In this document: positions 8,997-18,182 of the stretch, piece after piece
Layout of the letters: every line of letters begins with the position of its first letter
How positions within the stretch are numbered: the stretch's first letter is position 1
Assembly: GCA_026391805.1 (NCBI GenBank)
Contig: JAPLDJ010000017.1
Coordinates: 19,378-83,377, forward strand
Length of the DNA: 64,000 nt
Origin: Bacteroidota bacterium
GTDB lineage: Bacteria; Bacteroidota; Bacteroidia; Bacteroidales; FEN-979
Reading direction: 5' to 3'
Notes under the pieces: model-generated
The model's database searches: none
What the model saw: only the letters and a program-made list of their open reading frames with translations
What the model was told of the DNA's origin: nothing
Position numbers and translations under genes: made by a program

Positions 8997-9323
8997 TTTC
9001 TTAGCAACCGTATTGAACTCCATCGCTACGTTCAGCCAATATTCCAGCTGTTCCTTTTTCTGCAGTACGTTCAGATCCACGTAGACCATTCCCTTCATCG
9101 GCTTGCCGGTAAAATCCATGGGTCTGCAGCCTTCCTTATTAAGCAGTTCCTCAGCCCTGTCGGGATCATGACGGATCATCAGGCGATCCTGAACCACACC
9201 GCCGAGCATCTTGTCGTTCACCATAAAACAGATACCGCCAAACATCTTTTTTATTTCGACTTTATGACTGGATGAAGAGATGATCTCAATCGTCCGGTCA
9301 GCTAATTCCTGGTTGTAGGGCAT
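8976..9323 (-). CDS. TfoX/Sxy N-terminal domain protein
   Basis: 115 aa. The pattern KKMFGGICFMVNDKMLGGVVQDRLMIRHDPD is typical of the TfoX_N domain. Confidence 0.7.
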   Translation of the reverse strand: MPYNQELADRTIEIISSSSHKVEIKKMFGGICFMVNDKMLGGVVQDRLMIRHDPDRAEELLNKEGCRPMDFTGKPMKGMVYVDLNVLQKKEQLEYWLNVAMEFNTVAKKSNKVTK

Positions 9324-9389
9324 GGCTTATAATTTTAGATTTACGGTTTACGATTTACGATTTCATTATGGATTTTCAGCTAACGATTT

Positions 9390-10325
9390 TCAGAAACGTT
9401 TGACGTAGCCGTGGCAGTAGGGAAGGGTTCCTTTGTGTTCGTAGTATTCCTGGTGGTAATCCTCTGCCTTCCAGAAAACGGAGGCCTTGCGGAGCTCGGT
9501 GACGATATTATATCCCTTATCTTTTAACAGTTTTATCAGTTTTTCGGCGACCTTTTTCTGTTCTTCGTTCCGATAGAATACGGCTGAGCGGTACTGCTCG
9601 CCATAATCAGGACCCTGGTGGTTCATCTGCGTGGGATCATGGATCTCGAAGAACATCCGGGCCACCGTTTCATAAGAAGTTACTAAAGGATCAAAAACAA
9701 CCTCAACGGCTTCATAATGGCCGGTCTTCCCAGTGCATACCTCTTCGTAGGTGGGATGATCCTTATGACCGCCGGTATAACCGGAGGTGACCGATTTCAC
9801 CCCTTTCAGCTTTTGCATGTAATATTCCACACCCCAGAAACAGCCGCCTGCAAAGATCGCAGTATCGGTCTTGGGAATTGATGCTTCAGGAACAAATTCA
9901 AGGGAGATGGAATTCACGCAGTGCCGGGAGTTTTTGGGAGTGAACTCTTCCCCCAGGAATACATGGCCCAGGTGTGCGCCGCATTTTGCGCACTGGATTT
10001 CCGTGCGCATCCCGTCGGCATCCGGTACCCGTTTAACTGCACCCTTGATCTCATCATCAAAACTGGGCCAGCCGCAATGGGCGTCAAATTTATCATCCGA
10101 CCGGTACAAGGGGGCTCCGCAGCGTTTGCAGGTGTATACACCCTTGCCGTCAAATTTTTCATACTTGCCGGTGAAAGGAGCTTCCGTGCCTTTATTTACA
10201 ATGACCCGTTCTTCTTCCGGGGTGAGTTTCCTGAATTCCATGGTCTTTTGATTTTGTCCCTGGGTACAGCCCCAGGCCGTGATTAAAACGAAAAAAAGCA
10301 AAAATAGAAATCTTCCCTGTATCAT
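9390..10325 (-). CDS. msrAB: bifunctional methionine sulfoxide reductase MsrB/MsrA, lipoprotein
   Basis: Lipobox ITAWGC. MsrB motifs CKRCGAPL, HCGWPSF, CAKCGAHLGHVF and RHCVNS. MsrA motif GGCFWGVE. Confidence 0.9.
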   Translation of the reverse strand: MIQGRFLFLLFFVLITAWGCTQGQNQKTMEFRKLTPEEERVIVNKGTEAPFTGKYEKFDGKGVYTCKRCGAPLYRSDDKFDAHCGWPSFDDEIKGAVKRVPDADGMRTEIQCAKCGAHLGHVFLGEEFTPKNSRHCVNSISLEFVPEASIPKTDTAIFAGGCFWGVEYYMQKLKGVKSVTSGYTGGHKDHPTYEEVCTGKTGHYEAVEVVFDPLVTSYETVARMFFEIHDPTQMNHQGPDYGEQYRSAVFYRNEEQKKVAEKLIKLLKDKGYNIVTELRKASVFWKAEDYHQEYYEHKGTLPYCHGYVKRF

Positions 10326-10414
10326 AGTAAATTTTATCCGGATTTAATAAAGACGATAAAAACGGTATTTTATTTCATGACCGGCGGATTATTTCCGGAT
10401 TCCCTGATAATTGG

Positions 10415-10422
10415 TACTTTTG
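10415..10422 (+). promoter_or_regulatory. putative -7 box (TAnnTTTG)
   Basis: tacttttg lies 23 nt upstream of the ATG at 10445. Confidence 0.45.
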
Positions 10423-10444
10423 CGATGAAATAAAAATACGATTC

Positions 10445-11413
10445 ATGAAGAAGATCCTTGGAATGGGCAATGCGCTTGTCGATATCATGATCCGGCTTGA
10501 AGACGATCAATACCTGAACCACCTGGAGCTTCCCAAGGGAAGCATGCAACTGGTGGATGCTTTGCGAAGCCAGGCCGTGCTGGAAAAATTTGAAAAGCAC
10601 CCGAAAAGCTTTTCTGCCGGGGGATCGGCTGCCAATACGATCCACGGGCTGGCCATGCTGGGCATTCCCACGGGGTACATCGGGGTGATCGGGGAAGATG
10701 AGCTTGGCGGATCGTTTGTAAAGGACATGATCAATGCCGGGGTGGAACCGCATATGATCCACAGCCTGCAGGAAACCGGCAGGGCCATCGCCCTTGTAAC
10801 GCCCGACTCGGAACGTACCTTTGCCACCTTTCTCGGGGCCGCCATCGAACTCGCGGCAGATCATCTTACAAAATTTAATTTTAAGCAATACAATTATCTG
10901 CATATCGAAGGATACCTCGTCCAGAACCATGACCTCATACGGTCGGCAGTATCCCTGGCAAAAGAGAACGGACTTACGGTCTCCCTCGACCTGGCAAGCT
11001 ACAATGTGGTGGAGGCCAACCTGGATTTCCTCCGGGAGATCGTTGCGAAGTACGTGGATATTGTTTTTGCAAATGAGGAAGAAGCCAAGGCCTTTACCGG
11101 CAAAGAACCCAGGGAAGCGCTGGACGAGATCGCCGGGATGGCGCACATCGCCGTGGTGAAGACCGGCTCAAAAGGGTCGCTGATCAGAAGCGGGGATGAA
11201 GTGGTGGAGATCGGGATCATTTCCGTAATCCCGGTTGATACTACCGGCGCAGGCGATCTCTATGCCTCCGGGTTTCTTTACGGACAATCGCTGGACCTTT
11301 CACTCGAAAAATGCGGGGAGATGGGAGCGCTCCTGGCAGGTCATGTGATCGAGGTGATAGGGTCGAAAATGGGAACGGAAAAGTGGAGGGAGATCATTGA
11401 GGGGTTAAAGTGA
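10445..11413 (+). CDS. PfkB-family carbohydrate/nucleoside kinase (adenosine kinase-like)
   Basis: N-terminal GMGNALVDI, and the DTTGAGD anion-hole motif near the C-terminus. Confidence 0.75.
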   Translation: MKKILGMGNALVDIMIRLEDDQYLNHLELPKGSMQLVDALRSQAVLEKFEKHPKSFSAGGSAANTIHGLAMLGIPTGYIGVIGEDELGGSFVKDMINAGVEPHMIHSLQETGRAIALVTPDSERTFATFLGAAIELAADHLTKFNFKQYNYLHIEGYLVQNHDLIRSAVSLAKENGLTVSLDLASYNVVEANLDFLREIVAKYVDIVFANEEEAKAFTGKEPREALDEIAGMAHIAVVKTGSKGSLIRSGDEVVEIGIISVIPVDTTGAGDLYASGFLYGQSLDLSLEKCGEMGALLAGHVIEVIGSKMGTEKWREIIEGLK

Positions 11414-11433
11414 ACAATCGAACAATCGATCAA

Positions 11434-11455
11434 CCCTGCCTGCCGGCAGGCAGGG
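11434..11455 (+). terminator. perfect 22-nt palindrome downstream of the kinase gene
   Basis: The sequence is ccctgcctgcc/ggcaggcaggg. No strong T-run follows. Confidence 0.4.
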
Positions 11456-11556
11456 ATATTTGAAGTTCGATCTGATTGCAGAAATCCGGCCCACCCACAC
11501 TCACACAACCAGGATCAAGCATTCAGCATCGAGCATCCATTCATCTTTCGGAAAGT

Positions 11557-11587
11557 TTTGATTATTAAGGCACATTTTTTACCTTTG
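11557..11587 (+). promoter_or_regulatory. putative -33 TTTG / -7 TAnnTTTG promoter
   Basis: TTTG at 11557-11560 and tacctttg at 11580-11587, separated by a 19-nt spacer. The ATG is at 11637. Confidence 0.5.
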
Positions 11588-11636
11588 CAACCCTTTTCAA
11601 TAATCCTATAAATCAACATCCTAAGAAAAACAGAAA

Positions 11637-13775
11637 ATGAAGGTTTTCCAGACGAACGAAATCAGGAACATCGCCCTCATCGGGGGTGCAAAATCAGGAA
11701 AGACAACACTGGGGGAAGCGATGCTCTTTGAAGGTGGTATCATCAGCCGGCGTGGCAGTGTTGAAGACAAAAATTCGGTATCAGATTACCGCCCGATCGA
11801 GCTCGAGCGCCAGAATTCGGTGGTTGCATCCGTTCTCTACACATTGTACGACAACAAAAAGATCAACATCATTGATACACCTGGTTTTGATGATTTCATC
11901 GGGGAAGTGGTAGCCGCCCTCAAGGTTGCCGACACTGCGCTGATGGTTGTAAATTCCGTGAACGGAGTTGAAGTCGGAACGGAGATCACATGGAGGTATA
12001 CCAATAAAAACCAGACCCCGGTTGTGTTCGTCATCAACCACCTTGACCAGGAACATGCCAATTTTGACGAGACCATCCGCCAGCTGCGCCAGCAATTCGG
12101 AAACAACGTCACCCTGATGCAGTACCCGGTGAATGCCGGTACAGGCTTCAACAGCATCATCGACCTTCTGCAGAAGAAATTATACAAATATCCGCAGGGT
12201 GGAGGAAAACCGGAGATCACGGATGTTCCCGACGGTGAAAAAGCCAAAGTGGATGAGATGCACAATGCACTGATCGAAGAGCTTGCTTCAAAGGATGAAG
12301 CCCTCATGGAAATCTTTTTTGAAAAGGGAACCCTTACGGAGGCTGAAATTTCAAAAGCGCTCCGGACTGGAATTGTGACCCGCTCCTTTTTTCCTGTCAT
12401 GTGCGTTAGCGCAAAACAGAACATGGGCGTGGGAAGGCTCCTCGAATTCATTGCCGCCAGCGTGCCATCACCTGATGTCATGCCAGGCACCAAAACAAAG
12501 GAAGGAAAAGAGCTGAAATGCAATCCTTCGGAACCTGCTTCGGCATTCGTCTTTAAAACCACCATTGAACAGCACCTTGGTGAAGTTTCCTTCTTTAAGG
12601 TTTATGCCGGGGAAATCACGGAGGCGATCGATATGATCAACCCGAACCGGAACAACTCCAAGGAACGTTTGTCGCAGCTGTTCGTGATCAACGGGAAGAA
12701 CCGCGAAAAGGTCGAAAAACTTGTAGCCGGCGATATCGGTGCCACCATCAAACTGAAAAACACCTTCACCAACAATACCCTCAATTCGCCCAAGAACGCT
12801 GATCTTATCATCGAACCCATTGTTTACCCGGAACCCAAATTCAGGGCTGCTGTTAAGGCCAAAAACCAGGGAGATGATGAAAAACTGGGCAGCTTCCTGA
12901 GTGAACTGACCAAAATGGATCCGACACTGGTGCTGCTTTATTCGAAAGAGCTCAAGCAGGTGATCCTGATGGGACAGGGCGAGCTTCACCTGAACATTGC
13001 AAAATGGCAGCTGGAGAACCTTGAGAAGATCGGCATTGAATTTATCGCACCGAAAATTCCTTACAGGGAAACCATCACCAAGCCTGCAAAATCGATGTAC
13101 CGCCACAAGAAACAATCGGGAGGTGCAGGTCAGTTTGGTGAAGTCCACATGATGATCGAACCGTTCCGCGAAGGGATGAAAGACCAGAACGAATTCCCGA
13201 TCCGCGGGAGAGATGTTATCGACCTTGACTGGGGCGGAAAACTGATCATGCAGAACTGCATCGTCGGCGGCGCCATTGATGCACGGTTCATACCGGCCAT
13301 CCTGAAGGGGATCATGGAAAAGATCGAAGAAGGCCCCCTCACCGGTTCCTATGCTCGGGATATCGTGGTGAGCATCTACGACGGAAAGATGCACCCGGTT
13401 GATTCGAATGAAATTTCCTTTAAGCTGGCAGGCCGTCATGCCTTCAAAGACGCATTCAAGAATGCAGGCCCCAAGATCCTGGAACCCATTTATGATATTG
13501 AAGTGATCGTTCCGGAAGAAAAGATGGGCGATGTGATGACCGATCTCCAGGGCCGCCGCGCCATCATCATGGGCATGGACAGCGAAGGAACTTACCAGAA
13601 GATCCTTGCAAAGGTTCCGCTGGCCGAGCTGAACCGTTATTCCACTGCGCTGAGCTCGCTCACCAGCGGACGCGCCACCTACGGAATGAAATTCGGCGAA
13701 TATACGCAGGTACCGAGTGACGTGCAGGACAAGCTGCTCAAAGCATACGAAGAACAGGAAAAGGAAGAAGAATAG
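11637..13775 (+). CDS. elongation factor G paralog (EF-G-like GTPase)
   Basis: 712 aa. G1 motif GGAKSGKTT, G3 motif DTPGFDDF, G4 motif NHLD, and the EF-G domain III-V signature GELHL. Confidence 0.85.
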   Translation: MKVFQTNEIRNIALIGGAKSGKTTLGEAMLFEGGIISRRGSVEDKNSVSDYRPIELERQNSVVASVLYTLYDNKKINIIDTPGFDDFIGEVVAALKVADTALMVVNSVNGVEVGTEITWRYTNKNQTPVVFVINHLDQEHANFDETIRQLRQQFGNNVTLMQYPVNAGTGFNSIIDLLQKKLYKYPQGGGKPEITDVPDGEKAKVDEMHNALIEELASKDEALMEIFFEKGTLTEAEISKALRTGIVTRSFFPVMCVSAKQNMGVGRLLEFIAASVPSPDVMPGTKTKEGKELKCNPSEPASAFVFKTTIEQHLGEVSFFKVYAGEITEAIDMINPNRNNSKERLSQLFVINGKNREKVEKLVAGDIGATIKLKNTFTNNTLNSPKNADLIIEPIVYPEPKFRAAVKAKNQGDDEKLGSFLSELTKMDPTLVLLYSKELKQVILMGQGELHLNIAKWQLENLEKIGIEFIAPKIPYRETITKPAKSMYRHKKQSGGAGQFGEVHMMIEPFREGMKDQNEFPIRGRDVIDLDWGGKLIMQNCIVGGAIDARFIPAILKGIMEKIEEGPLTGSYARDIVVSIYDGKMHPVDSNEISFKLAGRHAFKDAFKNAGPKILEPIYDIEVIVPEEKMGDVMTDLQGRRAIIMGMDSEGTYQKILAKVPLAELNRYSTALSSLTSGRATYGMKFGEYTQVPSDVQDKLLKAYEEQEKEEE

Positions 13776-13798
13776 GCCTAGTTTTATCAGGCCTGAAA

Positions 13799-13848
13799 CC
13801 CCCTCCCCAGCCTTCCCACTACCGGGAGGAAAACGGGCGGGGTTTTTT
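13799..13848 (+). terminator. GC-rich hairpin plus T6
   Basis: ccccctcccc...gggcgggg with an inner cttccc/gggagg pairing, followed by tttttt. Confidence 0.55.
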
Positions 13849-13872
13849 GTTTCAATTGATTGAAAAAGTAAA

Positions 13873-15126
13873 ATGGAAGAACCCGGAAGGAAACACGATG
13901 CATATGCCGTACTAAAGCTGAAAGATTTTAGGCTGTTTCTTTCGTTCCGTTTTTTCATGACCATTGCAGCCCAGATGCAGAGCATCATCGTAGGCTGGCA
14001 GGTGTATGAGCTGACGCATGATCCGCTGTCGCTCGGACTGATCGGTCTTTCAGAAGCCCTCCCGTTTATTGCGGTTGCGCTTTATGCTGGTCACATCGCC
14101 GACCGTTTCAGCCGGAAGAAGATCATCCTCTGGTTTGATGTCCTGTTCCTGCTGGCCAGCAGCTTTCTCCTGATCTGTACAATTTACCATGCCGGAATCA
14201 TCGGGCGGTTCGGTGTAGTCCCGATCTACCTCGGGGTTGCCGTTTCAGGCATTGCCCGCGCTTTTCTCTACCCGGCCACCATTGCACTTATGGCACAGAT
14301 TGTTCCCCGTTCGCTTTACACGAATTCAGCTACCTGGAACAGTACCTTATGGCACATCGCCGCTATCACCGGTCCGGCCATCGGAGGACTGGTATATGGC
14401 TTCTTTGGCGTTAAGATCGCCTATCTGACCGTGATCGTTTCGATGCTGATCTCATTTGTTTTACTGAGTATTGTGAGGAACCAGCCGGCTCCGGCCCGGA
14501 ATGAGAAAGAAAAATTAGTACCACGGCTCATGACCGGGATCCAGTTTGTTTTCAGCAACCAAATCCTGCTGGGAGCAATGACGCTCGACATGTTTGCCGT
14601 GCTGTTCGGGGGCGCGGTGGCCATGCTGCCGGTTTTTGCAGGGGAGGTGCTGAAAGTCGGTCCGCAGGGGCTTGGCGTTCTGCGTGCCGCTCCCATGGTT
14701 GGCGCTGTTCTTATGTCGATCATACTTGCTTACCGTCCGCCGATGGTAAGGGCAGGAAAGCTGCTCTTTATGGGAGTTGCAGGCTTTGGGCTGAGCATCA
14801 TCTGTTTTGCAATCTCCAGGAACTTTTATCTTTCCCTGGGATTGCTGGCCCTGAGCGGCATGTTCGACAACATCAGCGTGGTGATCCGGGCGTCGACGAT
14901 GCAACTGGTAACACCGGATGAAATGCGCGGACGTGTGGCATCGGTCAACAGCATCTTCATCGGCTCTTCCAACGAGATCGGCTCTTTTGAATCGGGTGTT
15001 GCTGCAAAGCTGATGGGACTGATCCCTTCGGTTATTTTCGGGGGATTGATGACGCTGGGGATTGTCGGAGCCACCGCCAAATGGGCGCCGAAACTGAGGA
15101 AACTGAACCTAAAGACAATTAAATAA
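13873..15126 (+). CDS. MFS transporter
   Basis: 417 aa with about 12 hydrophobic helices. The DRFSRKK loop lies after TM2. Confidence 0.8.
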   Translation: MEEPGRKHDAYAVLKLKDFRLFLSFRFFMTIAAQMQSIIVGWQVYELTHDPLSLGLIGLSEALPFIAVALYAGHIADRFSRKKIILWFDVLFLLASSFLLICTIYHAGIIGRFGVVPIYLGVAVSGIARAFLYPATIALMAQIVPRSLYTNSATWNSTLWHIAAITGPAIGGLVYGFFGVKIAYLTVIVSMLISFVLLSIVRNQPAPARNEKEKLVPRLMTGIQFVFSNQILLGAMTLDMFAVLFGGAVAMLPVFAGEVLKVGPQGLGVLRAAPMVGAVLMSIILAYRPPMVRAGKLLFMGVAGFGLSIICFAISRNFYLSLGLLALSGMFDNISVVIRASTMQLVTPDEMRGRVASVNSIFIGSSNEIGSFESGVAAKLMGLIPSVIFGGLMTLGIVGATAKWAPKLRKLNLKTIK

Positions 15127-15128
15127 AA

Positions 15129-15172
15129 ATTTCACGCGAAGGGCGCAAAGAATTACGCAAAGGACGCAAAGG
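15129..15172. repeat. single arm of the TTCACGCRAAG-GCGCAAAG-CGCAAAGG element family
   Basis: The sequence is atttcacgcgaagggcgcaaagaattacgcaaaggacgcaaagg. It is nearly identical in word order to 31217-31257. Confidence 0.8.
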
Positions 15173-15183
15173 CAGGGGTGATT

Positions 15184-15213
15184 CAATAAAAGGGCCGATT
15201 CATGAATCGGCCC
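15184..15213 (-). terminator. rho-independent terminator of the ADH gene
   Basis: Perfect palindrome gggccgattca/tgaatcggccc (15192-15213). On the minus strand it is followed by ttttatt. Confidence 0.65.
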
Positions 15214-15217
15214 CTAC

Positions 15218-16357
15218 TTACATAAACAACTCCACGATTCTGTGAAGGTCATCTGCCTTTAACGCATAATTTGCCCCGCTCACTTTATTAAACAAAAGGG
15301 TATCATAGATTTTTTGTTTATCGGCACTGATCCCTGTTTCGGACAAACGCACAGGACACGCAAGGGAACGAAACATCTCTTCGATCCGCCAGATCGATTC
15401 ATGGGATGTAAGGGATTCGTTGAAAATACCTGAGCCCAGCAATCCGATACGGTCAGGGTAATTCTTCTCAATGTGCTTTAGCCAGGCGGGATAGACAATT
15501 GTAAGCGAAGCACCATGCGGAATATCATAGAGCAGGGACAGTATATGCCCGATGCTGTGAACGCCCCAGTCGCCGGATTTCTTACCCTGCAAGGTCAGTC
15601 CGTTCAGGGCCATGGTAGCGGCATACATGATCTTCTCGCGGAGGGTGTAATTTTCAAGATCGTTCAGCAATGCGGGTCCGTAATCCATGGCTTCTTTAAC
15701 GATCGACAGGATGAAACGATCAGACAGGGTAGCATCACCAGCCCCAAACCATGCTTCGAAACTGTGTGCTATCAGGTCGGCGATCCCGTATGCCGTATAA
15801 TTGCGGGGAACCGTGAAGGTAAGCTGCGGATCGAGAAATGAATGGACAGGATACATCAGGGGCGATCCGTACCCGTCCTTGAATTTTTCACCGTGGTTGG
15901 AGATCACGGCAAAGGGATTCATCTCTGTTCCGGTTGCTGCCAGTGTCAGCACAGAGACCAGGGGAATTGCCTTTAGGGGTTTTGTTTTCCGGGTGATGAA
16001 ATCCCATGCAGGATGCTGAACCGGGATCGTGATGGAGATGATCTTGGCTGAATCGATCACACTGCCACCGCCAACGGCAAGAATGACATCAACCCCGTGC
16101 TCACGCCCGACGGCTGCAGCAGCGTCCACATCCTCGATGACCGGATTCGGCCGGATGCCATTGTATTCATAAACTTCGGCATGGATCTCCTTCAGGATTC
16201 CGATGACCTTGTCGTAAAGGCCGGTCTTCTTGATAGATCCTTTTCCATAAACAAGAAGAACTTTTTTCCCGTAAAGCTGAAGCGTATGTCCCAGTCCGGA
16301 AAGAACATCTTTACCGAAATGAAGGGAAGTGGGGTTATGAGCGATGAATGATTCCAT
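15218..16357 (-). CDS. iron-containing (group III) alcohol dehydrogenase, butanol-DH/YqhD-like
   Basis: Motifs GGGSVIDSAK and the His-rich site GVHSIGHILSLLYDIPHG. The start is set at MESFIAHNPT because the upstream in-frame ATG lies at or upstream of the predicted -7 box. Confidence 0.85.
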   Translation of the reverse strand: MESFIAHNPTSLHFGKDVLSGLGHTLQLYGKKVLLVYGKGSIKKTGLYDKVIGILKEIHAEVYEYNGIRPNPVIEDVDAAAAVGREHGVDVILAVGGGSVIDSAKIISITIPVQHPAWDFITRKTKPLKAIPLVSVLTLAATGTEMNPFAVISNHGEKFKDGYGSPLMYPVHSFLDPQLTFTVPRNYTAYGIADLIAHSFEAWFGAGDATLSDRFILSIVKEAMDYGPALLNDLENYTLREKIMYAATMALNGLTLQGKKSGDWGVHSIGHILSLLYDIPHGASLTIVYPAWLKHIEKNYPDRIGLLGSGIFNESLTSHESIWRIEEMFRSLACPVRLSETGISADKQKIYDTLLFNKVSGANYALKADDLHRIVELFM

Positions 16358-16381
16358 AATGTTGTTAAAGATTATAGGCGA

Positions 16382-16389
16382 CAAAAGTA
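16382..16389 (-). promoter_or_regulatory. putative -7 box (TAnnTTTG) for the ADH gene
   Basis: The minus strand reads tacttttg, 25 nt upstream of the ATG at 16357. Confidence 0.45.
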
Positions 16390-16411
16390 AGGAAAATCAC
16401 CACTTATTTTC

Positions 16412-16419
16412 TACCTTTG
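16412..16419 (+). promoter_or_regulatory. putative -7 box (TAnnTTTG) for kbl
   Basis: tacctttg lies 21 nt upstream of the ATG at 16440. Confidence 0.45.
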
Positions 16420-16439
16420 TTACCTGATTAACAACGAAT

Positions 16440-17639
16440 ATGTACGGTAAGTTCAAGGAGCATCTGCAGAAGCAGATCGATGCAATCATTTCAGAAGGAC
16501 TTTACAAGGAGGAACGGATTCTGACGACACCCCAGGGGGTTGAGATCAAGACCGACAAGGGTCAGAAGGTGTTGAATTTCTGTGCCAACAATTACCTCGG
16601 GTTATCGAATGATCCGAGGACGATGGCGGGTGCGAATTACACCTTTTTCCGTTATGGTTACGGGATGTCATCCGTGCGGTTCATCTGCGGTACACAGAAG
16701 ATCCACAAAGATCTTGAAGCAAAGTTGAGCGAGTTTCTTGGGATGGAAGATACCATCCTTTATTCATCGGCCTTTGATGCCAACGGAGGTGTTTTCGAAC
16801 CCTTGCTGAGCGAGCAGGATGCCATCATTTCCGATGAACTGAACCATGCCTCCATCATCGACGGGATCAGGCTTTGCAAGGCGCAGCGGTTCAAATACAA
16901 AAATAACGACATGGAGGACCTCGAGGAGGTTCTGCAGGATGCATGTGAGGCCCGGTTCAAGCTGATCGTCACCGACGGAGTGTTTTCCATGGACGGCATC
17001 ATCGCACAGGTCGACAAGATCTGCGACCTGGCGGAAAAATACAACGCGCTGGTCATGGTGGATGATTCACATGCCACCGGGTTTGTCGGGAAGACCGGCC
17101 GGGGAACAGTGGAATATTGCAATGCCCAGGGGCGGGTTGACATCATCTCGACGACCTTCGGGAAAGCGCTTGGAGGCGCATCCGGCGGATGTATCTCCGG
17201 CCGGAAGGAGATCGTTGAACTGTTGCGGCAGCGGTCGCGGCCCTATCTTTTTTCAAATACCCTTGCGCCTGCCATTACCGGCGCGACACTGGAGGTGCTG
17301 AACCTGCTTTCGGAAACCACCGTACTCAGAGACAGGCTTTTCAGGAATACGGAACGGTTCAGAAAAGGCATGGAACAGGCCGGTTTCAGGATCGTCGCAG
17401 GGATCCACCCCATCGTGCCGGTACTGTTCGGACATCTTCCCAATGATGCCAAACTCTCACAGGATTTTGCCAATGAATTGCTCGAAGAAGGCGTTTATGT
17501 GATCGGATTTTACTACCCGGTGGTCCCGAAAGGAAAATCCAGGATAAGGGTACAGATAAGTGCTGCACATTCGCTTGACCAGATCGACTTTGCCATTGAG
17601 AAGTTCACAATGGTCGGAAAGAAACTCGGAGCGATTTAA
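16440..17639 (+). CDS. kbl: glycine C-acetyltransferase (2-amino-3-ketobutyrate CoA ligase)-like alpha-oxoamine synthase
   Basis: 399 aa and collinear with E. coli Kbl as I recall it. Shared blocks are NFCANNYLGL, YGMSSVRFICGTQ, HASIIDGIRLC, DGVFSMDG, DDSHA, TFGKALGGASGG and RPYLFSN. Confidence 0.8.
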   Translation: MYGKFKEHLQKQIDAIISEGLYKEERILTTPQGVEIKTDKGQKVLNFCANNYLGLSNDPRTMAGANYTFFRYGYGMSSVRFICGTQKIHKDLEAKLSEFLGMEDTILYSSAFDANGGVFEPLLSEQDAIISDELNHASIIDGIRLCKAQRFKYKNNDMEDLEEVLQDACEARFKLIVTDGVFSMDGIIAQVDKICDLAEKYNALVMVDDSHATGFVGKTGRGTVEYCNAQGRVDIISTTFGKALGGASGGCISGRKEIVELLRQRSRPYLFSNTLAPAITGATLEVLNLLSETTVLRDRLFRNTERFRKGMEQAGFRIVAGIHPIVPVLFGHLPNDAKLSQDFANELLEEGVYVIGFYYPVVPKGKSRIRVQISAAHSLDQIDFAIEKFTMVGKKLGAI

Positions 17640-17663
17640 TTCAATCCATAAAAGAATTCACCC

Positions 17664-18044
17664 ATGATTTACGGAACTGGGACGGATATCATCGAAGTCG
17701 CCCGAATCAAAACGGTTATGGAACGCGACATCGGTTTCCGGGAAAAGATCTTTACCCCTGGAGAAATCGCCTATTGCGAGACAAAGAAGCACAAATTCGA
17801 AAATTATGCAGCCCGTTTTTCCGCCAAGGAAGCCTTCATGAAAGCCATTGGCACCGGCTGGAGATTCGGGATCCGGTTTGCCGATATCGATGTTTACCAT
17901 GATGAATATGGAAAGCCATTGATCCGCCTTACGGGTAAAGCAGAAGAACTCGCCCTGCGTGAAAGGATTTCAAAAATTCATGTATCTTTATCGCATGTTA
18001 AGGAGATCGCTACGGCGATCGTTATTGTAGAAAACGAGATCTGA
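17664..18044 (+). CDS. acpS: holo-[acyl-carrier-protein] synthase
   Basis: 126 aa. MIYGTGTDIIEVARI is the GxD(I/L)xE motif. The C-terminal block is IHVSLSHVKEIATA. Confidence 0.85.
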   Translation: MIYGTGTDIIEVARIKTVMERDIGFREKIFTPGEIAYCETKKHKFENYAARFSAKEAFMKAIGTGWRFGIRFADIDVYHDEYGKPLIRLTGKAEELALRERISKIHVSLSHVKEIATAIVIVENEI

Positions 18045-18127
18045 GGTCTGAAAATAGAAGATGGAGAATGGAGGATAGAAGACATACGTCATACGACATA
18101 TGACATACGAAAAATACATATGACAAA
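18041..18127. repeat. tandem word mosaic related to 7387-7599
   Basis: It shares tctgaggtc and the exact 16-mer gagaatggaggataga (18064-18079 = 7505-7520). This is followed by catacgtcatacgacatatgacatacga. Confidence 0.85.
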
Positions 18128-18182
18128 AACCAATTAACTCACATAAATCAACAGGTATTAACTAAAAACAGCGATTTCAACT

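Noticed and set aside
10370-11146. A 258-aa ORF antisense to the PfkB kinase gene. The same applies to the antisense ORFs at 38260..38913, 51209..51844 and 56983..57711.
   Set aside because: All are embedded opposite genes with strong family motifs and have composition typical of antisense frames.
11637-13775. The EF-G paralog as a tetracycline ribosomal-protection protein.
   Set aside because: The length (712 aa) and domain IV/V sequence look EF-G-like. The Tet(M)/Tet(Q)-type N-terminal GILAHVDAGKTT context is absent. No resistance-element context (mobile genes) is present.
12468-13988. A 506-aa ORF on the minus strand, antisense to the EF-G paralog.
   Set aside because: It lies almost entirely inside a gene with clear EF-G motifs. 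Its translation is low-complexity (rich in F, L, R, H, G) with no motifs. It is a typical shadow ORF caused by codon bias on the opposite strand.
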